Positions 39,818 through 50,176 of a stretch of DNA of 64,000 bases are shown here, in pieces. The notes under the pieces were generated by a model. It made no database searches. It was given only the letters and a program-made list of their open reading frames with translations, and had not been told where the DNA came from. The stretch lies in sequence record PP919962.1; one strand, 5' to 3'. Position numbers and translations under genes: made by a program. Origin of the DNA: Klebsiella phage KP2025. The first letter of the stretch is position 1. Every line of letters starts with the position of its first letter.

Positions 39818-40135
39818 TTATTTCACTTCAACAACGAAATACTGTACCTTCTCATAGGTCACGATATAGTCAGGCATCTTGTACTCACCCTTGTAAGTCT
39901 TACCAAACAGGCGCACAGCTTCATTTACTTTATTAGCAGGATCAGCTAACCACTGTGCTTCAGTATGGAAACGGAACTTCATGTGTTTATTGCCACTATG
40001 CAACCCAACAACGTCTGTTGTAATGTCTTCGATACCTGCACGTTTCAGGTTTTGAATAATCTGTACTAATCCGTTCTCGAAAAGTTGAGTTTCTTCGAAC
40101 ATGGTTTCCTCCAAACATTGCCCCCGAAGGGGCAT
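39818..40135 (-). CDS. hypothetical protein
   Basis: ORF. Confidence 0.5.
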   Translation of the reverse strand: MPLRGQCLEETMFEETQLFENGLVQIIQNLKRAGIEDITTDVVGLHSGNKHMKFRFHTEAQWLADPANKVNEAVRLFGKTYKGEYKMPDYIVTYEKVQYFVVEVK

Positions 40136-40139
40136 AAGG

Positions 40140-40862
40140 TTAGCCTACAATACTTTTAATATCAGGTTTAGAAAAGGTTGAAGGTTTCATGATCTTCCCT
40201 TTATCATCAAAAAACACATAAACTTTCTGTTTCTCATTGTAGGTGGCATGTACACCAGTATACGCACCTTCTGGACGATCCTTATTACGCTCCTCGATTG
40301 CAGCACACTCTTGCTCCAGCGCAAAATCAATGTCCTTAGTCTCCCACACTGCCAGAAGCTGTTTGCGAGTTGGGTATTTCGAGTCATTACTACGTAATAC
40401 TTCTTTAAGAACTTTTTTGTAGTTGTACTTAGAACGGACTAGAGTGTCTCTTGCCATGCGTAGCATAGCTATAGTAAGAGGAATAATTTGTGCATCGGTT
40501 GACATTTCTTTCTCATATAAAAGAAATTCATCATACACTGCTTCAGGGAAAACATCACCAATACCTGTGCTTAAAATCTTTTCAAGATTTTCTTCACCAG
40601 TAAACATAAAAACTAGGTAACTAGCGACTACAAAAACATCAGCGGCAGCATCCAAAAGTTCAATATGATCGTTAATCTTGGCAGCATCCTGAAATTCTTT
40701 CAACTCTTCTCTGACATAGCCTAGCTGTGCAATAAACATTTCATTGGTAAACTCAGGAGTTTCTCCTCCTCGTGCCTTAGCATTCCATGCAATAACATGT
40801 TTAGCAGCGTCAATGAAAAATTGATTATCGGCTTTAATAGGTTTATAAAAATCTGTAATCAC
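40140..40862 (-). CDS. MazG-like all-alpha NTP pyrophosphohydrolase (putative)
   Basis: LGYVREELKEF...ELLDAAAD resembles EExxE/D MazG motifs. Confidence 0.4.
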   Translation of the reverse strand: MITDFYKPIKADNQFFIDAAKHVIAWNAKARGGETPEFTNEMFIAQLGYVREELKEFQDAAKINDHIELLDAAADVFVVASYLVFMFTGEENLEKILSTGIGDVFPEAVYDEFLLYEKEMSTDAQIIPLTIAMLRMARDTLVRSKYNYKKVLKEVLRSNDSKYPTRKQLLAVWETKDIDFALEQECAAIEERNKDRPEGAYTGVHATYNEKQKVYVFFDDKGKIMKPSTFSKPDIKSIVG

Positions 40863-40871
40863 TCGTTCTCC

Positions 40872-41051
40872 TTAAATTAGATTAGAAATATAGCGTGCTA
40901 GGTAATATGTAACTAAACCAAAACCAATCCCAGACATAGCCGAATCTATAACGCCAGCAATTTGTACAGGAATAGTTTTTCTTTCTTGTTCAGCAAGGGT
41001 CATAATACCGATTGCGATAATAAACAACACTAATAAAATAATGTAAAACAT
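40872..41051 (-). CDS. small membrane protein (59 aa)
   Basis: Strongly hydrophobic; GGAGG RBS. Confidence 0.35.
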   Translation of the reverse strand: MFYIILLVLFIIAIGIMTLAEQERKTIPVQIAGVIDSAMSGIGFGLVTYYLARYISNLI

Positions 41052-41060
41052 TTTACCTCC

Positions 41061-42179
41061 TTATTCGGCAGGTTCCCATGTCCCGTCGATCATCTCTCTT
41101 AGACGAACACCAACTGGTTTCGTAGGAACCCCGGCGTCAGATAATTCTTCATATTCAATTTCTACAAATTGATCGATAAGTTGGGAAGCGTTATCGGCTT
41201 TGCGGTAGTTAATGGTGGGATGTGAATCTTTCCTCATCAGGAATTCCACAATCTTATCATCTTTTGTGACCCCTGTCAACACCCCATCACCATTTTTATC
41301 AACAGTCATACCCGTTACTTTTACTTCCATGTTGCCACGAGGTTTACGTTTGATAACGTCATAGGAACGTTTACCGAACTCGTACATACCGTCTTCGTTG
41401 CGATACACGATACCTTCGGCTTTATCTTCCAAAGCTTTTTCATAAAAAGCGTCTAACTGCTCTTGGTTTTCAATGTACTCAGAATGCACAACATGAATAA
41501 GGTCTTCTAAGCCAGCCTGTACAACCATTTCTGCTAAGTCTTTCAAGAACTCTACACGCTTCTTGAATGGTAGATCTGGTACAGGAATATCATATACGTA
41601 GTAGCCTAACTGCTCAGTGATACCAGCCTTATACTTCTTCCATGCACCATTGATGACTTGCAGACTCAGAACACCCAAGCCAGCAAACACTTCACCATCT
41701 AAAGGATACCCAAAATCTTCCTGAATGAACTCAGGAATTTTAGTCCAGTGTTCAGGAAGTGTATACACTTCACCAGCTTTTGATAGGCATTCACCATCAT
41801 CGTTAATCATAGAACGTAAACCATTCAACTTGTATTGCGCATACCCTGGGAAACGCACTTTATGAGAGAAGTCCTTATAATCCTGACACTTCATCGGTGT
41901 AAAGGGTTCGTGATCTTGTGCTTCCTCAATGGTGTGGTAATATCCTCGTTTAAGCTGCTTCGTCCATTTTGCCAAAGCTTCTAATTCCGCTTGCTCTTCT
42001 GGTGTAGTTTCATTAGATCGACCAACATTTTTAGCTTCTGCTTCATAGGACTTCGTAGTAATCTTTCCACCAAGACGACCATGACCAACTGTAACAGTTG
42101 CACCATCCGTATAGACAGACCATTCTTTAATATTACCTTTGGTGTCTTTACCATACAATGTAGGATTTAATTGCAGCAT
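41061..42179 (-). CDS. ATP-dependent DNA ligase
   Basis: Adenylation motif KLNGLR (KxDG-type), EGIVYR (motif IV), T7-ligase-like size. Confidence 0.8.
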   Translation of the reverse strand: MLQLNPTLYGKDTKGNIKEWSVYTDGATVTVGHGRLGGKITTKSYEAEAKNVGRSNETTPEEQAELEALAKWTKQLKRGYYHTIEEAQDHEPFTPMKCQDYKDFSHKVRFPGYAQYKLNGLRSMINDDGECLSKAGEVYTLPEHWTKIPEFIQEDFGYPLDGEVFAGLGVLSLQVINGAWKKYKAGITEQLGYYVYDIPVPDLPFKKRVEFLKDLAEMVVQAGLEDLIHVVHSEYIENQEQLDAFYEKALEDKAEGIVYRNEDGMYEFGKRSYDVIKRKPRGNMEVKVTGMTVDKNGDGVLTGVTKDDKIVEFLMRKDSHPTINYRKADNASQLIDQFVEIEYEELSDAGVPTKPVGVRLREMIDGTWEPAE

Positions 42180-42188
42180 TATTTCTCC

Positions 42189-42413
42189 TTACCAATCAAA
42201 AACTGTTTCTTGGACACTAAACATCATCTGTGTTAAATCAACCTCTAAATATTCCGATGATGTAACGAGGAACGAGTTTACAATAGTGAATCCTTCATTA
42301 TCCAAGACTTCGCAAATCTCTTGATACATATCTTCAATCTCTACACCTTCCCCAAAAGAGAAAAGGCATTGCTCGTGCTCACTCACGCCTCTTACATAAA
42401 TAGCTGTACTCAT
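42189..42413 (-). CDS. hypothetical protein
   Basis: ORF. Confidence 0.4.
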   Translation of the reverse strand: MSTAIYVRGVSEHEQCLFSFGEGVEIEDMYQEICEVLDNEGFTIVNSFLVTSSEYLEVDLTQMMFSVQETVFDW

Positions 42414-42595
42414 TCATCCTCCCACACTGCATACGCGCAGCAATCATCTGTTTCAATTTCACCTTCATTTCCGCAAACAAGGCATTTCACTTTGTCGCCA
42501 TAATAGAGGTATAACTCATCACCTTTTTCAGTCTCTACTTCAATCTTACTGCTCCCACAAGGGCAATAGAGCCACGGTACAATAAGTTTTCTCAA
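42410..42595 (-). CDS. hypothetical Zn-ribbon protein
   Basis: CPCGS...CLVCG. Confidence 0.4.
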   Translation of the reverse strand: MRKLIVPWLYCPCGSSKIEVETEKGDELYLYYGDKVKCLVCGNEGEIETDDCCAYAVWEDE

Positions 42596-42855
42596 ATATC
42601 ACCTCCACACATTCCACAGCGTTCACGCCCACTCATATCATAGTAGGTAGCACCATCATGGGGACAACCCTTATGAAGTTGCTCATAAGCGTGATTGAAT
42701 GCACGTAATTCATGTTCCCAAAACCCACGGTTATCTTCATCAGGTTCACCAGTTACAGGCTCCAGTTCGATAAGACGTTCAAGAGCCTTTCTCCACGAGT
42801 TCTCGTGGGTATAAAAATCCTCTGGAATATTCATTCTCACCCCTTCGGCACACAC
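42592..42855 (-). CDS. hypothetical protein
   Basis: ORF. Confidence 0.45.
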   Translation of the reverse strand: MCAEGVRMNIPEDFYTHENSWRKALERLIELEPVTGEPDEDNRGFWEHELRAFNHAYEQLHKGCPHDGATYYDMSGRERCGMCGGDI

Positions 42856-43006
42856 ATACCATTATCAAAAACCCTTTCACGCTTGCCTTCCTCTAACGCC
42901 ATAATGCAAGCCCCTTGCGAGTTAAAATCTGCCTGATAAGTTGAATTACCATTACCAGAATAGAAAATTGCAAACAATACATACGTTGTTACCATTATTA
43001 TTCCTC

Positions 43007-43411
43007 CTACTGTAATTTTAAGGAATCACGTAAACGTTTTTCTTGAGCATCACGAATATTCTGTGGAACATTATGGATAGAGTTATTCCCATGACGGTTT
43101 TCTACAACTAAGCTTACCACCTGATATTCGTACTCTTCTGCTAAATCCTGATAAGGAGCAAGTTCTTTCTGCGTGGTGGATGTATTCGATACGATAATCT
43201 TAAGTAAACCCTGTTCCATCGCCTCCTTTACCTTATCTTGGCACCATTTATGTGCTGCATGAACATTCTCAGGTTTCCAATCGTAAACACCATCCTCAGT
43301 GTAATGAAATTTGTCTGCTTCACAGACAGGCCACAAATCTTCTGCCAACATATCTGCCACTGTGGACTTACCAGCACCAGACACACCACGTAAAATAATA
43401 AGTGTTTTCAT
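43007..43411 (-). CDS. P-loop polynucleotide kinase-like protein (T4 Pnk kinase-domain-like)
   Basis: Walker A GVSGAGKST; overall layout similar to the T4 Pnk kinase domain (IIVSNTST ~ IISDTNL). Confidence 0.5.
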   Translation of the reverse strand: MKTLIILRGVSGAGKSTVADMLAEDLWPVCEADKFHYTEDGVYDWKPENVHAAHKWCQDKVKEAMEQGLLKIIVSNTSTTQKELAPYQDLAEEYEYQVVSLVVENRHGNNSIHNVPQNIRDAQEKRLRDSLKLQ

Positions 43412-44322
43412 CCTTCTCCTCTCTCAAAGTAAGTTTCGATTTTCTCTCTTCGAACTTGGGAATCTAAAGATTTCCATTCTTCTTTTTCAAAAGCGAAACG
43501 TAGCCATTCTAACAGAGAATAGTATTCCTCGTCAATACGTTTCCTTGCTTCTTGTGGATTATCCCAGATCATATCCCATTTATTATCCCCTCCGCGCATC
43601 AGGAATTTTTTCGCTAAGTAGTGCGGAGACTTGATCTTCAGAAGCAGAGAGTACGGTGCTTCGATGCTACGAACAACAAAACCCTCGTGATGGACATGCT
43701 GGACATTATAGACAACATCACCAAACGGAACAATATCCCATGTAGGTCGCTTTGCGCCAATAACCTCAGCAATACGATCAAGCTTATGTTCTTCCACCAT
43801 AACACCGTTCAAAGCAAGGTCACGCACACCAATAAGATATGCCCCTTCTTCCTCAGTTACGATGTGCGGATCACTTCTATCACAGATTTCAAAGATAAAT
43901 GTGAAATTCTCTGGAAACGCCACACGGTCAAACTTAAGTTCTTCAAGATGTTTCCGTGCAAGATGTGCGAATTCAGATTCCAAGGTTCCTGTTGTTGAAA
44001 CGACAAGTTTTTCACCACGTACCGCAGCAGTTGCCATAAAACCATTGACTTTACGAACGCAAACAACCTGCTGATCAAGTGGTAAGTCCGTTCCATTTTC
44101 AAAACGATTGAAAATCTTTGTGAAAGGCCACATGACAACATTATCTTCTGCATCAACAACCATCCCACGGCATTCCAGTAGACGAGGATCTGTATGCCAG
44201 AGGTTATCCCAGAACACATTGTTCTTATACTTTAACACAGACAAGCCAGAGAACGGGCCTTCGGTGTAAGTCTTTTTAGTTACCAAGTCTTTAGCAACTA
44301 AATCATCTACATGAAATTTCAT
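43408..44322 (-). CDS. RNA ligase-like covalent nucleotidyltransferase
   Basis: Motif I KVNGF (K.NG variant), motif IV EGAYLIGVR, motif V LLKIKS; operon with kinase and phosphoesterase. Confidence 0.5.
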   Translation of the reverse strand: MKFHVDDLVAKDLVTKKTYTEGPFSGLSVLKYKNNVFWDNLWHTDPRLLECRGMVVDAEDNVVMWPFTKIFNRFENGTDLPLDQQVVCVRKVNGFMATAAVRGEKLVVSTTGTLESEFAHLARKHLEELKFDRVAFPENFTFIFEICDRSDPHIVTEEEGAYLIGVRDLALNGVMVEEHKLDRIAEVIGAKRPTWDIVPFGDVVYNVQHVHHEGFVVRSIEAPYSLLLKIKSPHYLAKKFLMRGGDNKWDMIWDNPQEARKRIDEEYYSLLEWLRFAFEKEEWKSLDSQVRREKIETYFERGEG

Positions 44323-44564
44323 TTCCTTTCCTTATCAAAATTTTTATCAAAACATTTTATAGTCAATCTCGTGATTAACTTATCAGAGGCATAACACCAT
44401 AACTGTTTTCCATCGTGAGTTTTAACCTCAAAGATTTCATCAGTTTTAGGTATAAACAAAAATACATCTTTAGATTTTTCATCTGCTAAAACTTGGAAAG
44501 ATATAAGTAGGAGCAACGCTGTAATATACTTCATATTATCCCTTAATAATTTTATGATGGTCAA
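44319..44564 (-). CDS. hypothetical secreted protein
   Basis: Signal peptide-like N-terminus. Confidence 0.4.
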   Translation of the reverse strand: MTIIKLLRDNMKYITALLLLISFQVLADEKSKDVFLFIPKTDEIFEVKTHDGKQLWCYASDKLITRLTIKCFDKNFDKERK

Positions 44565-45093
44565 TGACCTTAACTTCCCTACCCTCTAGAATTTCAATCA
44601 CTTCGTCAAAATGCAAGATCTTTCCGTGAGCATCCCAACCAACATCTAACATCCTACCGTAAGCTTCATCCGGGAAACTACCATGTGAGTGGCCATGTAA
44701 ATGAAATGAACCACGGCCTTGTTTATTCCATGATGCAATAGGGTAGTGAAAAAGAACAAAAAATTTCTTTTTATACTTCACCTCTCCATAATATTCCACT
44801 TCACCATACTTTTCAAGAACTTCGCGGTGTTTTGAGTAGTCATGGTTCCCAACGATGAAGGTAATGTCGCCGTTTAAACGGGAAGCAATGAGATCTGTTT
44901 CTTCTGGCGTGCCAAAACAGAAATCTCCAAGATGATACATTTTTGTGCCAGGTGTTTTTGCTTTTTCGTTCCAAGCTGCAATAAGAGCCTCTGTCATCTC
45001 TTCCATAGTTTCCCACGGTCTAAAATTAGGAGCAAACTCCTTGATACGTTTATGCATGAAATGCAGGTCTGAAGTTACATACATATTAAACAC
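44536..45093 (-). CDS. calcineurin-like metallophosphoesterase
   Basis: DLHF, GDFCFG, GNHD motifs. Confidence 0.65.
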   Translation of the reverse strand: MFNMYVTSDLHFMHKRIKEFAPNFRPWETMEEMTEALIAAWNEKAKTPGTKMYHLGDFCFGTPEETDLIASRLNGDITFIVGNHDYSKHREVLEKYGEVEYYGEVKYKKKFFVLFHYPIASWNKQGRGSFHLHGHSHGSFPDEAYGRMLDVGWDAHGKILHFDEVIEILEGREVKVIDHHKIIKG

Positions 45094-45577
45094 CTCTTTT
45101 ATAGCGATCTAAATCTTCTTTTGCTTCTTTCAGCTTCATCTCATAATACCTCATTGTATCGATTGCATCTTTTTGCTCTTGTGATGTAAACTGGTCAAAG
45201 CTTTTAACATAAGCATAAACACTAATTTCTTTACAATCTTCACCAAAATCATCATATTGGTCTAGGAATTTTTCAGTATCTTCAACAGTAATGTAGGAAA
45301 AACTCCAGTCTTTTGATGTATTTTCTTTAATGAACTGATTAACATCTCTCCAAAATTTTAACATAAACTCAGGGTTAGTGTAATCATAAGAACTGATTGT
45401 GTATGTTTTAGCCAATACCTTATCTTCTTTTACATTAAATAACTCTTGAACATGAGATAAAGCTTCACTAAAGCTCTTACGTGCTTGAGCGTAATTAAGA
45501 GCATAAAAATCTAACCAGTCATCTTCAAGCTTATGACTACAGTGGTTTACTCCAAGTTCTGTAAGAATATCTCTCAT
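45086..45577 (-). CDS. hypothetical protein
   Basis: ORF. Confidence 0.5.
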   Translation of the reverse strand: MRDILTELGVNHCSHKLEDDWLDFYALNYAQARKSFSEALSHVQELFNVKEDKVLAKTYTISSYDYTNPEFMLKFWRDVNQFIKENTSKDWSFSYITVEDTEKFLDQYDDFGEDCKEISVYAYVKSFDQFTSQEQKDAIDTMRYYEMKLKEAKEDLDRYKRGV

Positions 45578-45936
45578 TAATATAGCCCCTCACTAAATAA
45601 CTCACGATAATGACCATTTCTGTCATAATCAATTTGATTAGCATGATCTGCAATAATAAATGCATCTGCACGATTCCACCAATTATAATATTGGTCAATA
45701 AACCCTTGATCATCTGGATGACAATAGGACTTAGACAACAAACCAGCATCCATTAGAACTTTTATCTGTTGGGATAATACCGGATTTGTGTGTCTGACAC
45801 ATGGTACAACCAATTCTTCACCAGTCGTCAGGATGTATTTGTTAGCCGCACATACGATAACACGTTGAGCGTAAGTCTCTTCGTCATGAATCCAATAGAT
45901 ATGTTGGTAGCAAATATTATCTTTCATCATGATCAC
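45577..45936 (-). CDS. hypothetical protein
   Basis: ORF. Confidence 0.5.
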   Translation of the reverse strand: MIMMKDNICYQHIYWIHDEETYAQRVIVCAANKYILTTGEELVVPCVRHTNPVLSQQIKVLMDAGLLSKSYCHPDDQGFIDQYYNWWNRADAFIIADHANQIDYDRNGHYRELFSEGLY

Positions 45937-46419
45937 CTGTACTAATTTTTAGACCACTTGTAATTAATACAACTACAAAAAGTAACCATTCCCATCCCGG
46001 TTTATCATGGTAGATAAGAAATGCTACAGCGAGAAATCCGGTAATAGGAATTGCTGCAAACATAAAAACAGCCAAAATGTCTCTTATTTCTTTCATTTAG
46101 GTCTCCACATCTCAGGTGTCCAGTAGACATAACATGTGTCACCGACAGGGAACCAAAGATTACCGATACGATACATCTCCGCTTCTTTTCCTTCTGGCGT
46201 GATGGCAATCACCACCTGATGTGGGTAAGGAAGTTGACCTTGTGCGGGTTTATTCCACATGTTATTTCTCCTGTCTATTCGTCTTCAAAGTGTGAATCAT
46301 AGTAACAATAATCGAAACTGTCAAGGGCTTTCTGCACATCAGGCCAATGGTCTGTTTCTTTATAGATATACCACCCATCACCTTCATCTACCCAGATAAA
46401 GTACATAACCCCTCCTGTT

Positions 46420-46635
46420 TTACTCTACAATAATGCATTCACAAAGTTCGTGACCTCGCCACGGAACGATTTCGTTCTTGTCAATACAATAGCTGATACC
46501 AACTTCATCCTCAAGGATGCCGAAGTCATATTGCATGTACTTAATGTCCACGATGATAAACGTACTGGTCGTATCCATACGTGGGGCTTGAGCTAGTTTG
46601 TACTTAGTGCCTACTGGCAGGTCTTTGATTTGCAT
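46420..46635 (-). CDS. hypothetical protein
   Basis: ORF. Confidence 0.4.
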   Translation of the reverse strand: MQIKDLPVGTKYKLAQAPRMDTTSTFIIVDIKYMQYDFGILEDEVGISYCIDKNEIVPWRGHELCECIIVE

Positions 46636-46645
46636 GTTTTTCTCC

Positions 46646-47002
46646 TCAATAGTGTTTACGAATCAGTTCAATACCGTAACCAGCAAGATGCTCCTTTGCT
46701 AGCATGAATTTCTGTGCAGCCGCCGGATTGGATGTATGCACATAGATACTCTGCAAACCTTTAAAACCTCCAGCAGCAATCATGCTCTCCAGTCTGGTGA
46801 ATACATAATATCCATCGTACCCAGGGCCGAGGTCATTGTCAAAGTGAATTTCTGTCACTTCATTCGTCATGCTCTTCACCTGAAGCGTCATATACAAACT
46901 CCAGATCTCTTGTGCGGATTTAACCCAGATAGCCTCTGGGTAGCCGTAGTCTTTAGGATCACGCAAATCATCAAGCCAAATTCTCATACCTTTTGCACCC
47001 AA
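46646..47002 (-). CDS. hypothetical protein
   Basis: ORF. Confidence 0.5.
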   Translation of the reverse strand: MGAKGMRIWLDDLRDPKDYGYPEAIWVKSAQEIWSLYMTLQVKSMTNEVTEIHFDNDLGPGYDGYYVFTRLESMIAAGGFKGLQSIYVHTSNPAAAQKFMLAKEHLAGYGIELIRKHY

Positions 47003-47135
47003 CCTTTTTCGATTAGGATATCGAAGATAGGCATATGCTCGTTATATTCCAAGACATCGCCTACCTTGTGTGCGCCAAGGATTGACAAAGCAATATGGTA
47101 GTTGTCAAACGCTCGGATATCAGTGATACGTAGTT

Positions 47136-47462
47136 TCATTTCTTCTTCCTCCCTTTCGGTTTCTCATAAAGTCCCAATACCGCAGATTCTTTCGCACATA
47201 TTGGAACTGTAGTCATGCCACGTCTTTTTGCATCTGGCATGTGCAATTCCCACCATCCCCACCAGTAGAGTTGATCCTGCGTGAGAGGTTCAGCCATAGG
47301 ATCTGCCTCCTGCTCTTCAAAGCGTTGGAGCGCCTCTTCAATCTTCTCAATCGGTGTGTCAAAGACAAATGCCTCCGTGTCAAACTTAGGTTTCGGTGCA
47401 GATGGAGATGCTCGCTTAGTAGCGGGTTTTCGAGCGGATTGCTTCTTCGGTGTTTTCGCCAC
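47136..47462 (-). CDS. hypothetical basic protein
   Basis: ORF. Confidence 0.45.
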   Translation of the reverse strand: MAKTPKKQSARKPATKRASPSAPKPKFDTEAFVFDTPIEKIEEALQRFEEQEADPMAEPLTQDQLYWWGWWELHMPDAKRRGMTTVPICAKESAVLGLYEKPKGRKKK

Positions 47463-47655
47463 TCACCACCTCCATACGATCTAAGAAGTCTCCCTGGAAA
47501 CGCCAGTATTGTGTACCACTACGAAGATCTTCGTAGATCACAATAGGATCAAACACCTTTGATACGCCAGCAGGGGAAGGGAAACTAACCACTGAATACA
47601 ATCCACCTTTACCCACACAAGAATAGGTAATACCTGTAAGCGGAAATTTACTCAT
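47416..47655 (-). CDS. hypothetical protein
   Basis: ORF. Confidence 0.4.
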   Translation of the reverse strand: MSKFPLTGITYSCVGKGGLYSVVSFPSPAGVSKVFDPIVIYEDLRSGTQYWRFQGDFLDRMEVVSGENTEEAIRSKTRY

Positions 47656-47951
47656 TTTCGCATATACTCCAAAACAGGAACATGATCTGCTGTGAGAGTA
47701 ACACTATTATATGTCACTTCACCCCACTCAATCAACTCAGCAACCCAAATAAGAAAATGTTCTTTGGCCTCTGCATAGTTGTGTGTTTGTTTAACATCAT
47801 GAATACCACCCAAGGTTACACGATAAATAGGAGCCATATTATTTCTCCACTCGGAAAGACATAATATCACCGGGCTGAGGATCATTTTCATCAATCCACC
47901 ATTCTTCTGCCTCATCCCTGCCTGTACGCACATTGTGGAATACTTCTCCAT
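47652..47951 (-). CDS. hypothetical protein
   Basis: ORF. Confidence 0.45.
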   Translation of the reverse strand: MEKYSTMCVQAGMRQKNGGLMKMILSPVILCLSEWRNNMAPIYRVTLGGIHDVKQTHNYAEAKEHFLIWVAELIEWGEVTYNSVTLTADHVPVLEYMRK

Positions 47952-48060
47952 CCCGATGGAGAACCGTCACTAACGTACCTTCTGGTACTGGGAAATAAGG
48001 TTCTTTATCACCATCGACACCCCAATTATACCATACGCCTTTTTCATATTCGCTCATCAT
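47839..48060 (-). CDS. hypothetical protein
   Basis: ORF. Confidence 0.4.
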   Translation of the reverse strand: MMSEYEKGVWYNWGVDGDKEPYFPVPEGTLVTVLHRDGEVFHNVRTGRDEAEEWWIDENDPQPGDIMSFRVEK

Positions 48061-48359
48061 TTCTCCTCACAAACAAGTTGTAGTTGTCGTTCCAAGGGAA
48101 TCTTGTTCCCAAATTGGAAGTTGATTAATTTGCAATCAAGGTCGATGATCTGATTACGATCCAAACCAACTACCTTAACAGAGTTACCAACGTACCACTC
48201 TACGTGGTCGAAGTCAAGCATTGTATTTGCTTTTTCTAAGATAAACTCCAATTGCTTCCATTCCACCGACATATCATCGTCATGGAAAGCAGCACAGAAA
48301 GCTTCACCGTTATAGAATCCGCGAAGCTCTCCTATCAAAGTTGTATGTGTAAAGTCCAT
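48057..48359 (-). CDS. hypothetical protein
   Basis: ORF. Confidence 0.45.
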   Translation of the reverse strand: MDFTHTTLIGELRGFYNGEAFCAAFHDDDMSVEWKQLEFILEKANTMLDFDHVEWYVGNSVKVVGLDRNQIIDLDCKLINFQFGNKIPLERQLQLVCEEK

Positions 48360-48544
48360 CAGACCTCCTGTATCGCGTTATGAGCCGTTTTCTTTCTCTG
48401 GATGATAAACCACTAGCCGTGGCTTGTCAATGCCCTCACGGAGCGTTCTACGGCGTGATGCACCACCTCTCTTATACTTAGGTGTGAGGTCTTTTACTTG
48501 GTCTAAATTAATTTTCATTTTTCTCCTTTGCAGTATTGACTTTT

Positions 48545-48583
48545 GTTTTTATATATGCTACCCTAAACACGAAGTTCGCCGAG
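48545..48583 (-). promoter_or_regulatory. bipartite conserved element (copy 2, inverted): ATGCTACCCT-N14-CCGAGCGAAGCGAGG
   Basis: Shares both flanking boxes with 7216-7252; sits at the divergent junction upstream of the leftward block. Confidence 0.4.
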
Positions 48584-48795
48584 CGAAGCGAGGGGAGATT
48601 CTAGTGTTTGTTATGTGTATATACTATATGTATTGTACAGAGTATCATAGATGTGTTATGTTACTCAATGACAGTACTATAGTATATGTAGATCATATAA
48701 TCAATTATTAATTTACTATTAATTTATAAATAACTATTGACCTAGATTATCCGAGTAGGTACACTAGAGTCTATCAACTAACGAAGGAGAAAGAT

Positions 48796-49008
48796 ATGCC
48801 AAACATGAGTTATTGTATGTTCGAGAACACATCGAATGATATGCAAGATATCATCAACAAGATGTATGAAGATGATTTCACACCTTCACAGCTATCCCCA
48901 CGTGAGCGTAGAGCTTATGATGCTCTCTGGGAACAGGCTGAGGCAATCCTTGATCGTCTGAGTGAAATTGAAGCAATGGAAGAATCGGAGGAAGAAGATG
49001 AAGATTAA
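48796..49008 (+). CDS. hypothetical acidic protein
   Basis: RBS AAGGAGAAAG upstream. Confidence 0.45.
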   Translation: MPNMSYCMFENTSNDMQDIINKMYEDDFTPSQLSPRERRAYDALWEQAEAILDRLSEIEAMEESEEEDED

Positions 49009-49891
49009 TGTTATTGACCAGTGGGGTCACGATAATGACATTCCAGTAAAGGTGTTCACCTTCTCCGGTGGTGAGGTACATGTGAAGATTGATATGGAGG
49101 CTTTCAAATCTTCTTTCATTGACTTAACTACTATTCAAAAAGTAGAAGTTCATCAAGATATCCGTTCCTCAGATGATTTTATGGCTGTGGTAATGGTGAA
49201 GGATGCTTTGGACGAAATCTTACGATTCAATCCAAAACCGATTGAACTGTTTTCCCTATACGTTCCGTATGCACGACAAGATCGTTACTGCGAGAAAGGT
49301 GAGGCGTTTGGTGTTAAGTCGTTTGCTCGTCTTCTAAACAGCTTGGAGTTCTCTCGTATAGTCGTTGCTGATCCACACAGTGAAGTGACACCAGCAGTGA
49401 TTACCAATCTGGATGCCATTTCTCAAGATGAGATTGCTTTCCATGTTTTAAAATGGAAACTGCGTATGGAGCATTTCGAGTTGGTTAGCCCAGATGGTGG
49501 AGCATTGAAGAAAATCTTCAAACTGGCTAAACGTATGGAGCTTCCTGTGCATTGTGCAGATAAGATTCGTGATACGGCTACTGGAGACATCATTCGCACG
49601 GATATCAGTGTGAAAGACTTCCAGGGAGCAAATCTGATGATTGTGGACGATATTTGTGATGGCGGGCGCACGTTCATTGAATTAGCTAAGGTACTTCGTG
49701 AACGCAATGCTGGGAAGATTGAATTATATGTTACCCACGGTATCTTCTCTAAAGGTGTAGATGTGTTTGATGGGTATGTTGACTGCATTCATTCATTTAA
49801 TGTGTGGGAGAACAATGTGCAGGATACAAACACAAAAGGTCTTCTGGTGATCAATCAGGAAGAAGTACAACGGCAGGTTATTTCTAAATAA
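48998..49891 (+). CDS. prs: ribose-phosphate pyrophosphokinase-like protein (Prs/Adps-type)
   Basis: Prs fold blocks (MIVDDICDGGRTF PRPP-binding loop); ATG at 48998 with GGAGGAAG RBS. Confidence 0.75.
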   Translation: MKINVIDQWGHDNDIPVKVFTFSGGEVHVKIDMEAFKSSFIDLTTIQKVEVHQDIRSSDDFMAVVMVKDALDEILRFNPKPIELFSLYVPYARQDRYCEKGEAFGVKSFARLLNSLEFSRIVVADPHSEVTPAVITNLDAISQDEIAFHVLKWKLRMEHFELVSPDGGALKKIFKLAKRMELPVHCADKIRDTATGDIIRTDISVKDFQGANLMIVDDICDGGRTFIELAKVLRERNAGKIELYVTHGIFSKGVDVFDGYVDCIHSFNVWENNVQDTNTKGLLVINQEEVQRQVISK

Positions 49892-49901
49892 GGAGAAAGT
49901 C

Positions 49902-50105
49902 ATGAAAGTTAAAGTTCAATATGTTGGCCCAGGTACAGAATCAGGATTCTGGAAGACAGAAGATCTGACCATTGGTAAAATTTATGATGGTGAGCTTGAA
50001 GATGGTTTGGTTCATCTTCATGATGATGTAAACTATCTTATCACACGAGCAGTGAAAGGTTTGGCTGTAGACCCTTGCCAGGAATATTTTGTAATCATTG
50101 AATAA
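49902..50105 (+). CDS. hypothetical protein
   Basis: RBS AAGGAGAAAG upstream. Confidence 0.45.
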   Translation: MKVKVQYVGPGTESGFWKTEDLTIGKIYDGELEDGLVHLHDDVNYLITRAVKGLAVDPCQEYFVIIE

Positions 50106-50176
50106 TAAGTGTTGACTTTGTGGAGAGGATGAATTAATCTTCTCCCATCGAAACAAACAAGAGAAAGGAGAAACAA

